From Massalongia carnosa (lineage: Eukaryota): a stretch of 64,000 nucleotides of DNA. Location of the stretch: positions 2,046,001-2,110,000 of the forward strand of contig OZ287072.1 in the NCBI GenBank assembly GCA_965645245.1, in the 5' to 3' direction. A program made the position numbers and the translations under genes. Below, piece by piece: positions 1-13,033 of the stretch (its first letter is position 1; the number at the start of each line of letters is the position of its first letter). The notes under the pieces were generated by a model. It searched no databases, was not told where the DNA came from, and saw nothing but the letters and a program-made list of their open reading frames with translations.

Positions 1-1119
1 AAATCTATCCGAGACGTTGCGAGGGGTGCTTATCAAGGCAATAATAAACGCTATACTCAACCGTCCACAAACGCCAAGTCAGGTGACATTGTACGCCGAA
101 AGAGCACGAAAATGTTTGGTGCAAACATTGTTCAGATTAAACCAGGTAGAGGCAGCCGTGTAAGCCTGATTGAAGCGGTGCCTAAAGACCTACCTCCGGG
201 CCAAAACTCCTTTCAAATCGGCCGAGGTCAACTGATTGGCAAAGGTAGCTACGGTCGAGTATACTTGGGTATAAACCTTACGACAGGAGACTTTTTGGCT
301 GTCAAGCAGGTGGAAGTTAACCAAAAAGCCGCCGGGCAAGACAAGGATAAAATGAAAGAAATGGTTGCCGCTCTGGATCAAGAGATCGACACAATGCAGC
401 ATCTCGAACACCCCAATATCGTGCAGTACCTTGGATGTGAACGTAAGGAATACTCAATCTCCATCTTCTTAGAGTACATATCCGGTGGCAGTGTTGGCAG
501 CTGTCTACGCAAGCACGGCAAATTCGAGGAAAACCTTGTCAGCTCTCTTACCCGACAAACGCTCTCTGGGTTGGCCTATCTCCACACAGAAGGGGTCCTC
601 CACCGCGATCTCAAGGCCGACAATATCCTCCTCGACGTTGATGGCACGTGCAAGATCTCGGACTTCGGTATCTCGAAGAAAACCGATAACATTTACGGCA
701 ATGACGTCACAAACAGCATGCAAGGCTCGGTCTTTTGGATGGCCCCTGAAGTGATTCGTTCTCAGAGCCAAGGCTACAGCGCCAAAGTCGACATCTGGTC
801 GCTCGGCTGTGTTGTGTTGGAGATGTTCGCCGGCCGCAGGCCATGGTCCAAGGAGGAAGCTATTGGTGCTATCTACAAGCTTGGCAGCCTGAACGAAGCA
901 CCGCCAATCCCTGATGATGTCTCTAGCACCATCAGCGCCGCGGCGCTTGGGTTTATGTTGGATTGTTTCACTATTGCCCCGACCGAACGGCCAACTGCGG
1001 AGACGTTGACACAGCATCAATTTTGCAAGGCGGACCCGTTTTTCAACTTCTTGGATACGGAGTTGCACAATAAGATCCGAGAAGTCAAGGAATCGGTGCA
1101 GAAATCAGGACCCTATTAG
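1..1119 (+). CDS. BCK1: MAP kinase kinase kinase of the cell wall integrity pathway (Bck1/Mkh1 type), C-terminal kinase domain; 5' part lies outside the window
   Basis: Frame open from base 1. Motifs RRKSTKMFG, GQLIGKGSYGRVY, AVKQV, HRDLKADN, DFGISK, SMQGSVFWMAPE are typical of the STE11/Bck1 family. Confidence 0.9.
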   Translation, partial: KSIRDVARGAYQGNNKRYTQPSTNAKSGDIVRRKSTKMFGANIVQIKPGRGSRVSLIEAVPKDLPPGQNSFQIGRGQLIGKGSYGRVYLGINLTTGDFLAVKQVEVNQKAAGQDKDKMKEMVAALDQEIDTMQHLEHPNIVQYLGCERKEYSISIFLEYISGGSVGSCLRKHGKFEENLVSSLTRQTLSGLAYLHTEGVLHRDLKADNILLDVDGTCKISDFGISKKTDNIYGNDVTNSMQGSVFWMAPEVIRSQSQGYSAKVDIWSLGCVVLEMFAGRRPWSKEEAIGAIYKLGSLNEAPPIPDDVSSTISAAALGFMLDCFTIAPTERPTAETLTQHQFCKADPFFNFLDTELHNKIREVKESVQKSGPY

Positions 1120-2640
1120 CGTAGATGAAGGTCCGGGTGTAGCGCACTACCCAAGTACCTAGGTCATAGATTTACTTTGGACATATGGCGGAGCATGGGC
1201 GTTGCACAGCGACGATAGTATATGAACGGGATTTTATACATGATATGAATTTCACGGTCTAATCTTCTTACTTGCTTTTCCTGTTCAATGGAAAAGAAGC
1301 GCTTTCCTGTTGAAGTTGTTGTTGCGATAACAAGGTTTCACGATGGAAATAGATAACGTATTGTACAAGCAGTTCTCGAAGCCATGATATATCCCTTTGC
1401 TGTGGTTTTTGCGCTGCTGCCTTCTCAGCGTCCTGTGTGAGTCCACCTACGTTTGCGCTATTCTTATGATACCAAATGGCGGAAGGCGTAGGGTTTTGTG
1501 GATTCGTATATCCTGCACGCCGGTAACGATATTAGGATAAGGTCGGATGGTAAATGCAATGTTCACTTGGTTGTATCGCTAACGAAATGTACGAGACATG
1601 ATCGTTCATTTTTGTTATTTTTTATTCATTAAGCGTATCCATCCTAAGGATATGACGCTGTGACTGCTATTTATGTACACAAACAACAAACGAAAATTGA
1701 AAACCTGGCCCTCAGGATAAAACCACTTCCTAATTCAATATTTATCGCTTCGAAAACAACTCGTCTACCACGCAGTGCATACCTTGTACACCCAGATCTT
1801 CAAGGGCTAGAAATCCTTCAAACTCGATGAACTAGACGGTGTATCTTACACGTTCGACGAATGTTTTTTTTTTCATTCAATGCCTTGATTCAATGGAGAA
1901 AAGACGGGCGGTGATCGAGGGCAGATCGTGGTGTCCTTGTGAAATGCTCCCGCCTGAGGGGTGTGGTCATTTCGAATGAATGGGCTTTGCATGCCCTCGA
2001 GGTGATGAATGATTAGTAAAGACAATGATCATTCAAACGATCATCGAGGTGAGCTTCCGCGTTGACGGTGATCAGATATTGACCTCCTCCGAGAAGATGC
2101 TGATAGCCTGCACCATGTAGAGGTTTCTGACCCAGCAGGCCCATGGTCGTTCATGAACGATGGTGATTTATTCAGCTCTCACCAATTCCTTATTCTAGCA
2201 TCCTCGGCCTTTGCAATTCCACTCTCAAATCTTTGCCACCGCACAGTTGCTGATCACCGGATGGAATTTCTGCCTGACGGGTTCCTTCGCCAAGAGAGAA
2301 CACCAGCGCCGGCTTTTGATTGCCACGCTCTAATGTCTTTTGTATTACAAGGTACCAGGGGATTGATATCGGGGTACCTGTTTAGGCATTTGCCAATGAC
2401 TTGATTTCGTTAGAACGTTCATCCCCAGCTTTCTCGTGGATTCTATTGTGCAGCTTGGGGGATGGCAATTGTATCGCGGATGAAGGGGCTGAAATATTCT
2501 GCCTAGATATTTACATACCTAGGTATTCTCGTACTTAAGTTAGCGCCGTTCCTACATGCTCCCTGCCTGGTCCCTGCCCCCCGTTTGTTTGATCCAGAAG
2601 AGCTTTATGAAGAAGTTTCTCGCCTGGATTCCACGCGTTA

Positions 2641-2990
2641 CAGCGATGACGGTTGGACATTTTTACTCTGCCCATTTAAGCCTCGATGCGAATATTGCGG
2701 CAACCAACCGGCACATACCGATACCTAAAATTTAGCCGAAATTTCTTTGATTGTACAGTCACATTAAACCCCCAATATGGAGCCCAATTTAGAGCTACGA
2801 TTGACTGAAAAACAACCGCATACTACTCCTACTAAGGCTAAGGTTCAGGGAGCCTTTGAATATGCACAGGCGAAAGGACTTTTGCATAGCAAACAGGACG
2901 TTTTCGATTTTTTCGGAGTGGGAAGAACTCAGGGTTATGCAATGCTGAACGACATCGAGTTGATAAGAGAACACCCCCCTCGAAAGGATG
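2641..2990 (+). mobile_element. 5' fragment of a fungal Tc1-like transposon (left end plus N-terminal transposase remnant)
   Basis: ORF from 2777 (HTTPTKAKVQGAFEYAQAKG...KQDVFDFFGVGRTQGYAML) resembles the N-terminus of fungal Tc1-like transposases. Possible left end TA|CAGCG at 2639-2645. No DDE domain or right TIR seen. Confidence 0.55.
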
Positions 2991-3772
2991 GGAGGTACAC
3001 AAGTGCACGGTGTGATCAGATGTGCCCTGCTGTCCTCTGGACCAAGGGGCCTGGCTGATGCGCGTAATTCAGGAACAGTTACTGATATTGCACATGGCGT
3101 TACAAGGGTTTCGATGGTGCTAAAATAGCCTTCGGTTTAGTAGACCTCTCGTGACGAGCTTGCCCTGAACGGTGAGGATCCCTTGAACGAAGGAGGAAAC
3201 TGCGGTGTACAATACGAGCATGAACTTGTGCATCATGCAACGGCGTTCATTCGTTTCAAATCCGCAGCGACTTCTCTACATGGTCTCGAAGACTAGCATA
3301 CCGAGTACTCCCTCGGCAGTTTCAGGATGTTAGCCACATAGGTTGCATTCGCAGCTACCGATGATCTGATCCTCGCCTAGACTTCTCTTCACTCCATTCT
3401 TAACTTATTCGGCTGATGGCCCTGCTAGAGCCCAATGTATATCCGGGATCCAGTGTAGGCGCGGTGAGAGCGGGGTGGAATGAGTACTCTATGTGGAAGG
3501 ACTCTGTACTCTGTGCTTTATGCTCTGTACTCTATCTAACGGGAGGGTTTCTTTGGCCTTGTCTCAGAACAAATGAACAGCTGGGGAGATGCCTCCTGCG
3601 AGGCAAGGGGGTGCTAGTTGTGAGAAATTCTCCGAGACACTTTCGAGTTCTCAGAACGTACTAATTAGAAGGTAGTCATGAGAAAGTCGAAAGCCAATCA
3701 CGCCCAGTTCGGGCATGCCGCGTGAATAACCAACGTCTCTGGATCTCGATGAGTCTTAAGTAGTTCTAGGGC

Positions 3773-3844
3773 CCAGCAGTGAGCAGCCAGAGGCCAGCAG
3801 TGAGCAGCCAGCAGCCAGCAGCCAGCAGCCAGCAGTCAGCAGTC
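3773..3844. repeat. Compound tandem repeat: CCAGCAGTGAGCAGCCAG twice, then a CAGCCAG 7-mer array
   Basis: Read directly from the sequence. Confidence 0.85.
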
Positions 3845-4948
3845 GATCGAGGGATTTTCTTGGTTCATGCCCAAAGAAGGCACAGAAGGCACAACTACTC
3901 TGTATAGCGAAAGAGTCTGAGACCGTGGGTGAAACAGTGGGGGACTCCAGGTGTGGGAAATGATGAAATCAACCAAACAGTACTCGGTGGAAAGGAGTGT
4001 CTGATAACAACAATACACTTTGTAATCGTTCAATAAAAAAAATGGGCTGTCAAACCGGACGGGAACTTAAGAAGGTAGAAATAGACGATATAGTTGATGA
4101 CGGAACACAGCGCCTAACTTACTCTGTACAGAGGAGGTGCAGAGAGAGCACTCTGTATTCTGGGCTCGATACCTTCCCTTGTTTGTGAAACTGTACAGAT
4201 TCTATTACCAAGGGGGAATTCGCTTCCCCGCATCCTGACACGATCAAGAAGGTATACTATAATGTACAGAGTACCGAGTACGGGATGAAAAACAAACCAA
4301 AGAGTAAAAGTAGCCTCCAATGACGATCCGAACAAATGATTTCATCGAAACCGCAATGATTGATGTGGCTACTAAGGGACTGAAGTCCTCTGTTCGAGAG
4401 GCTAAAGCGAGGCAGGAGGCGACGATGTGAAAAGCGTCCAAAATAAATTACAGCTTAACAGCGATTCTTTTCTAAGGGGGCCTAACTCTGTACAGAACTG
4501 TCACGCTGTACCCCCGCCATAAAGGTGTACGCTGGATGCTTCTGTATAAACCATTGACCCACGTTGTGCTCTGTACCCCGTGTTCTATACGACGTATGCA
4601 TCCGAGAAAGGACTGAGAGCAGACCTAATCGGCAAATGCAGAGCGGAGCGCGAGCTAATCAACAGCGCGGATTAGTACTCTGTAGCTCTATGGAGTATTT
4701 GGAGATGGAAGCTTGCCGATCATGCCATAACCGGTCAAGTTGCTCATACCACATCGCTTGCCATCTCTCATCACCAATTACATACTCTATTAGAATACGG
4801 AACGTAGGAACGGTATTTGGATGTCCACATCTCAAATCCCAAGAATAACCACGTCCTCGTCCTGCATGTAAAACGGCATCATAGGTCGGATATTTGTGAT
4901 TGATCAAATCGGAACGCGGCGCGGACAAATTAGCTCAGAAGCCATGAG

Positions 4949-6888
4949 TTACACGTATTGCCGATGGTCATTGTGAACTTCATCTCGAGGGAGATGCGCT
5001 TCTAACAAACCCATCAAATTTCCTCCTGGCCCAGATGCTCCGTTTTGGCTCTTGAAACTCTCGAGTAGATTTTTGGCCAAGTTATAGTCAATATCTAAAT
5101 CATCGTCTGTATCACTTTCATGCGCCAGCACTGTGCTTGGAGAACAGTGTTCATGGGCAACTTCGCTGGTTCTTGCCTGGCGCAATTGCTTGTCTGAAGT
5201 CCATTTCGAGTGGGTGTGAAAGACCCCTGCGGCTTCGAGTTCCGCCTCCATGGCTTGCATGTCTTGGTGGAGGCGGAACCCCTCATCGTCAATAGGATGA
5301 ACATCAATGTTAGAGTTAATAGGATCGTGGTTGGCATCTGCTGCCGTATCGGCAGGCATTCCCATCATCTCCCGCATCAAGCTAGCGAACTGTTCTTCGT
5401 CAAAGCTGACGTCCTTATCCTCGCCTTCGCTGTCGCTGTCGGTTGTCGAGCTATCATCGTCATTATCCATATCGTCCGGATTTTCAGCGCCTTCGGCGCC
5501 TGCGTTGTCATCATTTAAAAAATCTTCAAATCTAGCAACCATTTTCCGTAAATTTTCATGGGCTGTTTTGTCACCGAAACCCTCGCTTGTGCGTGACTGG
5601 CCTTGCTTACTATTTCCGGCAAGTTCATGTTCAAATTTGTCGAAATCGATATCCAGCCAACCCTCATCATCATCCTTAACTCTCCATTTTGAAATCTCTG
5701 CATCAGAGGGCATACAAGCCTTAGCTGTCTGAAGATCTTCAAGCAGAAGGTTTATCTCACGGACTGATATGTGATCGATATTTTGTGGATCTGATAGCAG
5801 CATCTCGAATCCGCAGGTGACCTTCATTCCCATTTCGAGTCTATCGCCTACCTTTCCATCCTTCTCCGATGAGAAATAGCTTTTCCAAGCCAAGGGTACT
5901 GCGAATTGTTGACTCTTAAGCTGAGCGTACCCAACCTTCGTGAACTTGACTGATACTTTTACTAAATCGTTCGGGCAGAACACAAGTTTGGTGGGGTCTT
6001 GTGTCTGCAGGGGGCGTAGAGCTATTGGATCTCGCAAATAGAACGCCTCCACTGCAGGGCTGATGAAAGAAGCCTTTTCATGAAGAACAAAAGCCAGTTT
6101 TCTTGGGATGGTTACTAAAGAATGATGAAGACTATTCTTAATCTGTTGAGGATATTTCTGTAGTCTGTAGAAAGCTTCTGCCTCAATTAAGGAAGAGTGT
6201 ATGAGCTTTGACCGCTTTTCTTCGATGAAGCATACGGCTTCATGCAGGGTAATAATCGTCGGAGAAGCTTTTTTCTCTTCGAGTTTCTCCGCTAGATCTT
6301 GCATCGGGATGATGAATAGATTCCCTAGATTTAGCCAGACCTGTGGTTTATTAGCGCAACCGGTGCTCGTAACTCTCCGCACTGACCCTATATTCTGCAA
6401 CCTCAGGGTTCAACCATGAAGGAACCGCATTGGCCCCTTCAATGAGGAGAAACTCCCCGTCTGTGTCAACGACACGGATCCAGGCATCAGAAAACTGCTT
6501 GCTTAGTTCTCGCAAAATATACACTATGAGCCATTCATCCTCCACTGAATCTCCATAACATGTTCGTCCGCGGAGAAAACTCAAGCCTGCAGGAAGAAAA
6601 TTCTTAGTGCAAGACTCCTCTGTGAGTGATGCCCTAATGTAACTTACTCTCGCTGTGAACCAGTTCAAGTTTGAAATCCTGTCGTTGCCAAATGAAATCA
6701 TTCAGTAGAATTTTTAATAATACATTTGTAGCCTTCTGCACCTCACGAAGCCTAGTCCGCACCGCTAATGGCTCGAGTTTCGGATTGATGACTTGTATAG
6801 TATACTCAACGCAATCTTCAGGAAGGTTTTTAGGAAACCCGTCAAAACCTTCTCCAAACCACTTGAAATTCTTCTGTTGCGCTTTCAT
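4949..6888 (-). CDS. SGT1/ecdysoneless (ECD) family protein, 3 exons
   Basis: ORFs 6888-, 6701- and 6400- join through GT-AG introns (first at 6587-6647). Motifs WFGEGFDGFP, FIWQRQDFKL, GRTCYGDSVEDEW, YAQLKSQQF, KNLLESFKSQ.G.SGPGGNL. Confidence 0.88.
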
Positions 6889-7176
6889 GACTCAACAAAC
6901 TAAAACTCGAGAGATGGTGGATTTAGGAGATAGAAAATTTTATGTAATCAGAGGTATTAATTAAGGCTGAGAGTTAAGCTTTTATCACTAGTATCTTCTG
7001 GTACTAGCTTGCATTTCAATGTTTACTTTCCATCCAAAACACGTCTGACGATTTCGCGGTTAGGTAAATATTGTCTATCCCACATGACTTTCATTTTCTT
7101 CTACATTCATCTTTTAGGGAGACAGTGCCTTTAATACTGGCATGGTTCGTATACGGTTTGAGAAGAAGAACTGGTA

Positions 7177-10100
7177 ATGGCATATATTGAGACGCCTCGG
7201 ACTGACGCTGGTAATGCAACCTATATGAGTAACGCCCACAACCTTGAAGACTTCTCCGTTGAGAATTCCTTTCTTTCGCCTTCCAAGACCAAAGATGATC
7301 TCATTTCACAAATACGAAATGGCCGCGGGATTAGCCTTAAGACCCCACGTTCACGCGTGCCACTTACAGACCGACAGAATCTCTCAAAGGCCCCTCTTCG
7401 AGGCGAGTTTACACCTCTTCTCAAAAGCGCTGCTAGGAACAACATGCTCCGACAGGGTAAACCCAATGGTGCACCAAAAACGCCTGCGTTTCTGAAGGCT
7501 GGTTTCCAGGATGGCAATAGTCCGGCCCTTCCACCGCCAGAGATCTCGGGACTGTATGGGGACGATACGGGGAGCTCAGTTGGGGCAGATGCAGATAGTA
7601 CACCGGTACCACAGATTGCTAGCAGTAGTGCGCAGTCCACGCCATTGGCAGTACTACCAAAGCGGGATGCTGGTGGTGTCTTGACCGATCAAGGAAATAT
7701 GATGACATTGCGCGAACAGGAGCATGTAGGATCCCTTCGTTGCCGAGACTGCGTTGCTTGGTAAGGCTAATATGTTTCTAAAAGATCATTAACAAAATCG
7801 AGAAAGAAAACTTTGGATTGAAGTTGAAGATCCATTTCCTTGAGGAGTCATTGCGCAAGGCAGGCCCAGGATTCAATGAGGTTACATTGAAGGAGAACAC
7901 AGATCTGAAGGTAGATAGAGTCACTCTCCACAAAGAGCTCTCCCGTGCTAGGAAGACCTTGACCCAGGCCGAGCGTGAGCTAGAAAATTATCGTCTTCAT
8001 CTTCAGGATGTCCAAGAGAATATGAAACGCAAGCACGCAGATCAAGGACTACGGGAAGAGCTGGAATCCTTGCGAAGTGATCTCGCCTCGAAATCTTCTG
8101 AAATACAAGATCTAAGATGGAAGTTAAATTCTGCAGCGGGCAAAGAGGAGGAGCTTGATAGGGTTAAGGGCGATGTTCAAAATTTAGAAGCAGAAGTTCG
8201 AGAACGAGATCACCTTATCGAGGAAAGGGATGATGAAGTTGATAGATTGCAGGTACAAGCGAAAAAGGACTCGGAGGAGGTGGCCGAACTGTACGAGGAA
8301 CTTGATAGTGAACGGAAGCGGATTCAGAATCTTGAAGAGAATGATAGAGAATCCTCCGAGCAGGCATCAGACTTAAAAGAGAGCAATGACGAAGTACGCC
8401 GTATACGAGAAGTTTTACAAAGGTTAGAGGAGGATCTTCAACAAGCTAAAACGGAAACAAAGACAGCCAAAGAAGAGGCTACAGAGGCGACCGCAGCAAA
8501 GCGAAAGGCGGAAGATGACTTGGACGAGGTGTGAATTATGTTAGACACCTCATCTAAGAATCCCTTACTAACACAATCAACGTAGTTACAAGATGAAATG
8601 TCTAACAAGTCAATGAATACTAAAGGTTTAAGCCGCCAGTTGGAGGATAAAGCGAATAAGCTTCAGCTGGACCTAGTTAGTCTTCGAGAAGATCATACGC
8701 AATTGCAAGAGCGCTTTGTTGAAAAGTCAACGGAGCTGAAAAGGCAAGAAGATCATGCCCGTGATGTTGCTCAAGACGCCGAGGTTAGGGAGCAACGCCT
8801 TCATGATCAAAATGAGCTCCTTCGCCATGAACACGAAGTATCTGTAAGAAAATGTGAAAATCTCACTACACAAATCCAGCAATTGAACAAAGAGTTGCGC
8901 GGAAAGATAGAGGAAAAAGATCTTTTGCATTCTCGCCATGATGCTCTCACTATTGAATCGCAGACTCTACAGAGAGAACTGTCTAAAGCTCAATCAACTT
9001 TGGAAGAGCTCGTACAAAGTCTACAAGACGAAAGGCAGCATGCGCTCGACAATGATCGCCAACTACGAGCCGAGGCCGAAGCTGAGATCAACCGGCTCTC
9101 AGAAGATATTGAAAACTTGACTAGAAAACTAGAAGATAAGGAAAGCCAACATGCGGCAGATCAAGATCAATGGGAAAGCCAACAGCGCAACTTACTCTCG
9201 CAAAAGGAAAAGGCAGATGAGCAAGCCGCAGGACTGCAAAGAACAATCAACAAGTTACAAGAGACCGAAGGAACTCTTTCCGGGCGAGAAATGAAACTTA
9301 AAGAGGCACTCGAAAGCGAAAAGCAACGATTCCAGAGTGAGGAGGCTGTGCTTGGCCGGCAGATACATGATCTTAATACTGATATAGAAGACAAGCGGCG
9401 AGCCATGGATGACCTACGGACAGAGCTCTCAAATACGAAAGAGGCCCTTCATGTCTCTCAACGGGATCAAATGATCTTGGATGAAAAAGTACAGGCTTTG
9501 GAGGATGAAATTGAGGTTTTACAAACAGGTTTTGATGACGAAGCTGAGCGAGCCAATGAAGAGATTAACGTTATTGCACAGGAGGCAGACTCATTACAGG
9601 AGCAGCTACGTCTTGCCAAGGAGGAACTTAGCCGGAGCACAGTGTCCAACGCCGATGCTTTAATTGAAGATGAGTCAAAGAAAGTGCTCGTGTCTCGATT
9701 GCAGGATATGGAGATACAGCTTGACCGAATCAAAACCGAAAAACAAGTCTTGCAAGACAAACTTGCTAATAACAGTATCGAGTTACACTCTATGCGCGTT
9801 GCTTCAGCGGAGGCTAAAGCTGAGCATGACGAGTTCAAGGTTAAGCTGGAGCAACTGCAAAATCATGCCGATGATACTTTTAGACGTGATCAGGACAAAG
9901 CCAACCTAGGTACAACCAAGCTAAAACTAGAGAATGAAGTCTGTCGTCTTCGTGAAGAACGCAAAGGTCTTCTTGAGAAAAATGCTTCTATTGAAGGAGA
10001 GTTAGAAGAGGAAATTGAGCGGGCTAGCGCCGAGGAAGGACGCTTGAGTTCAGAAATCGATGATCTTCGACACAAGCTGGCTGCAGCTTCTGAAGGACGG

Positions 10101-11683
10101 GACCGAGAACTTGTAAACGCAAGGCAAAAGATTCAGCGGCTTGAGATTCAAGTTCGAGAGCTTGAGAGCCGCCTATCTGGGGTTGAGCACAATGATGACG
10201 CTGCATTGGATTTGTCTTTCTTCCGCGACGACCTGGCCACCGCCAGAGCCAAGGAGACAGAATATCTGCAACGAGAGGCTACTCATAAAGAAACTATCCG
10301 AGACCTGAAGCAAAGGGTTGCGAGTTTGGAACGCCAATTGCATGAAGTAGAGATATCTCGATTGGCTGTCATCTCTCCTCAATCATCGCCTAGTGGTTCA
10401 GCCCGCAAAAGCGAAATCATCGAAATTAGGCGTCAGCTTGCAGATGCTCATCAGCAGATGAAGGAGCTTCGCGCAAAGTCGAAAGAGAGCGAGCGAGAAT
10501 TACAGCATAAGGTTTTGGATTTAACTAAACAAGCTCAGTCAGATAGGGATGTGCATGAACAAGAACGAGACCACCTGGAGTTGGAGCTCTCAAGCTGTCG
10601 GATGCAACACGATCAGCAACTCGTTAAAACTACTGCCGCCGAAAAGACGGTGGCGCGTCTCCGTCTCCGTGTTCAGAATGTAGAGAAAGATCTTAAAAGC
10701 CACCGCCAGAACACTGCCGGCGACCTAACCATGGCCGACGAGCGCAAAGATCTCCATGAAATGCTCAAAGATGCCAAAGTCACGGCCGAATCCCTTCAAC
10801 TTGAAGTCTCCTCCCGCGAAACCCTCCTTACTGCCTCCTCCTCGCGTGAAAAGGAACTTCGCACCCACATCCGCCGCATCCGCGAGGAGAGAAATCTGCA
10901 GCATGACAAGTCCACCGCCCTCTCCACCGAGTTAGAGGCCTTACAAAGCCGCTACGAACGCGCAGTCGACAACTTCGCGCGCCAGCAGAAATCCTGGGAG
11001 GACGAACGCAAGCGGATCACGTCGGGTGTGCGCTTTGCAAACACTAGCGTCAGCACCGTACATGGTGATGAGGCTGCCGCGGAGCTGAAGCAGATGGAGA
11101 TGACGGTTCGCGAGAAGGAGAAGCGGCACGAGGGTGAGCTAAGGAGTTTAGCGAAACAGATTCAGTGGCTTCGAGCGCGGTGCTCGAGGGAGGAAAGCTT
11201 TCGTCAGGGCCTGGCGCATGGGAAGCGATATCTTCTGAAGCAGATCGAGATGCATAATCGCTAGTTTGTCTTCCACTTCCCCTTTCTCCCTTCCCCCCCC
11301 GCAAAAAGACTTCAACGCTAATAGCCCTCCCCAAACACAGCAACAAAGCCAATCTCGCTATCTTTGCCAAAATGGGCATCCAGCAATCAACCCCTTACCC
11401 CCCACCGCCCCTCCGTGCTGGCGCCACCGAGCTCGAGCGCTGCCAGCATAAACTCGATTCCATCCAGGACCCAGCCATGAAGCGGCCAACGTTGAAGGCG
11501 GTAGGCTTGGCGCTTATCGCCGGGGCACGGATGCGTAAGCTGGCGGAAAGGTGGGCCGGGGTTAAGAGGGGGATGCGGGGAGCGGGGAGGAGAAGCATGG
11601 AGGGGAGGGAGGGGAGAGAGGATGGGAAAAGGGATGGTAGAAAGGAAGAGAGGAAAAGGGAGAGGACCGGCGTGACAAGTTAG
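7177..11683 (+). CDS. pcp1: Spindle pole body coiled-coil protein Pcp1/PcpA (Spc110/pericentrin-like; CM1 and PACT domains), 4 exons
   Basis: CM1 motif MTLREQEH|IINKIEKENFGLKLKIHFLEESL spans intron 1, followed by a long coiled coil and a PACT-like end (REESFRQGLAHGKRYL...RPTLKAVGLALIAGARMRKLAERW). Introns near 7726-7783, 8529-8585 and 11264-11340. Confidence 0.85.
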
Positions 11684-13033
11684 GATGGGCGCCATTTGGT
11701 TGCCAGAGCCGGGCAATTGGGGGGAACTTGGGGGGTTGTAAAATCGTGTTTTTCCGTTGCAGAGTTGAGACACTCTTGGACTAGCGGGATCTTGACCTTC
11801 TTGTCAACGGCTTCGCTTGCTTGGTTAGGTTGGGAGTACCGGTTAGCGCGGGATAAGTAATGACAATTATATCCCATCGACGACGCAGGGCAAGCAAATA
11901 AGTAAGCAACTCGCCCATTTGGTTTTTTTGGGGGGGGGAGGTTCGAAATCCATTTATCCGTTCCTCATCATCTGAGAGTTTCGATCGTGTCGGTAAATAC
12001 AAAAAGTAGGTGGAGGGAGATCTGTGAAAGGCTGTGTGGGGGTTGGCGATGGAGCGAGCGGTACAGAGTAGAGTAAATATGTATGTCCTTGCGCAGGTAA
12101 ATAATGAACACACACCCCCTTCACAGAGGCATATGGCTTTTCCCGCCCCTCCCTAGGTTTTTAGTGCCTAGTTCCTGGGGTGTATATATAGGTAGCGGGT
12201 TGCTGGCAAGTTTGGCATCATGAGGCTATATTGATTGCCCTGTAATGTATATGGGTTTTGTTTAATGCCTCTCTCTCCCCCTCTTTCTGTCTCTCTCACG
12301 TATCTTTTTAGCTTCTCACCGTTCCTTCATCATTTCCATCCATACTGATAAAGAACTAAATCGCTTTCTTTTTCCAGCTTGAGGGTGGGTAAACGGAGAA
12401 CAGAGGTGGAATTAGGGAAGAGGTGGGAGCCGGACGAATGTCGTCAGGCGAGATGAGTATAGTGTTGAAACTGGCTTAGTTAGAAACTTTGTTTCCTATT
12501 TGACTCAGTTGGACTTTCTTCTTCTCTCGCTTCGGGCGGGTTTAAGGCGGTGAGGCCTGGTTGCGGGTTTGCCTGAGGAGCGTAATTTGCGTTTGAAGGG
12601 CATGGCCAGCTTGATGGCATACGTAAAGATGGCTTTTGATTGATTGTAGTAACAGTTTTAGTGACAGATTATGAATCGAGATAGTTTTCTTAGTAGGTGG
12701 AACGGGGAGGTTTCGATAGCTGGTTTCGCTAGCTGGGAGCCCTGGTAAATAAGCTTATAGGGAGCTTGAAGAACGGGGGTGTGTTACTATGGCGCCGTGT
12801 TCGATTCTTACATGGTCTTTTTACTAGATGGTCGTGGTTAGATAAATAGTGTCCGAGAAGTTCTGTGTATCGATGGTAGCAGCGTTCATGTTATATGCTT
12901 TCTAAGCTGTATGGCGAACCCGTTTTAGGCTTAATACTTAATGTACACCAGATACTATTTTTTCATCATTTCTTAAATGATGCATCAATGAGGTAAGATA
13001 TGACGTACGAGGTATCTTCTTGTAGCTTGACGC

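Noticed and set aside
3060..3420. Protein-like reading frame with stops after the Tc1 remnant
   Set aside because: No recognisable motif; too weak to call a pseudogene.
3500..4690. CRISPR-like reading of the recurring CTCTGTA motifs
   Set aside because: Eukaryotic context, motif too short, irregular spacing and no cas genes.
12790..12820. GTTCGATTC resembling a tRNA T-loop (also GTTCGAAATCC at 11941)
   Set aside because: No T stem, acceptor stem or cloverleaf.
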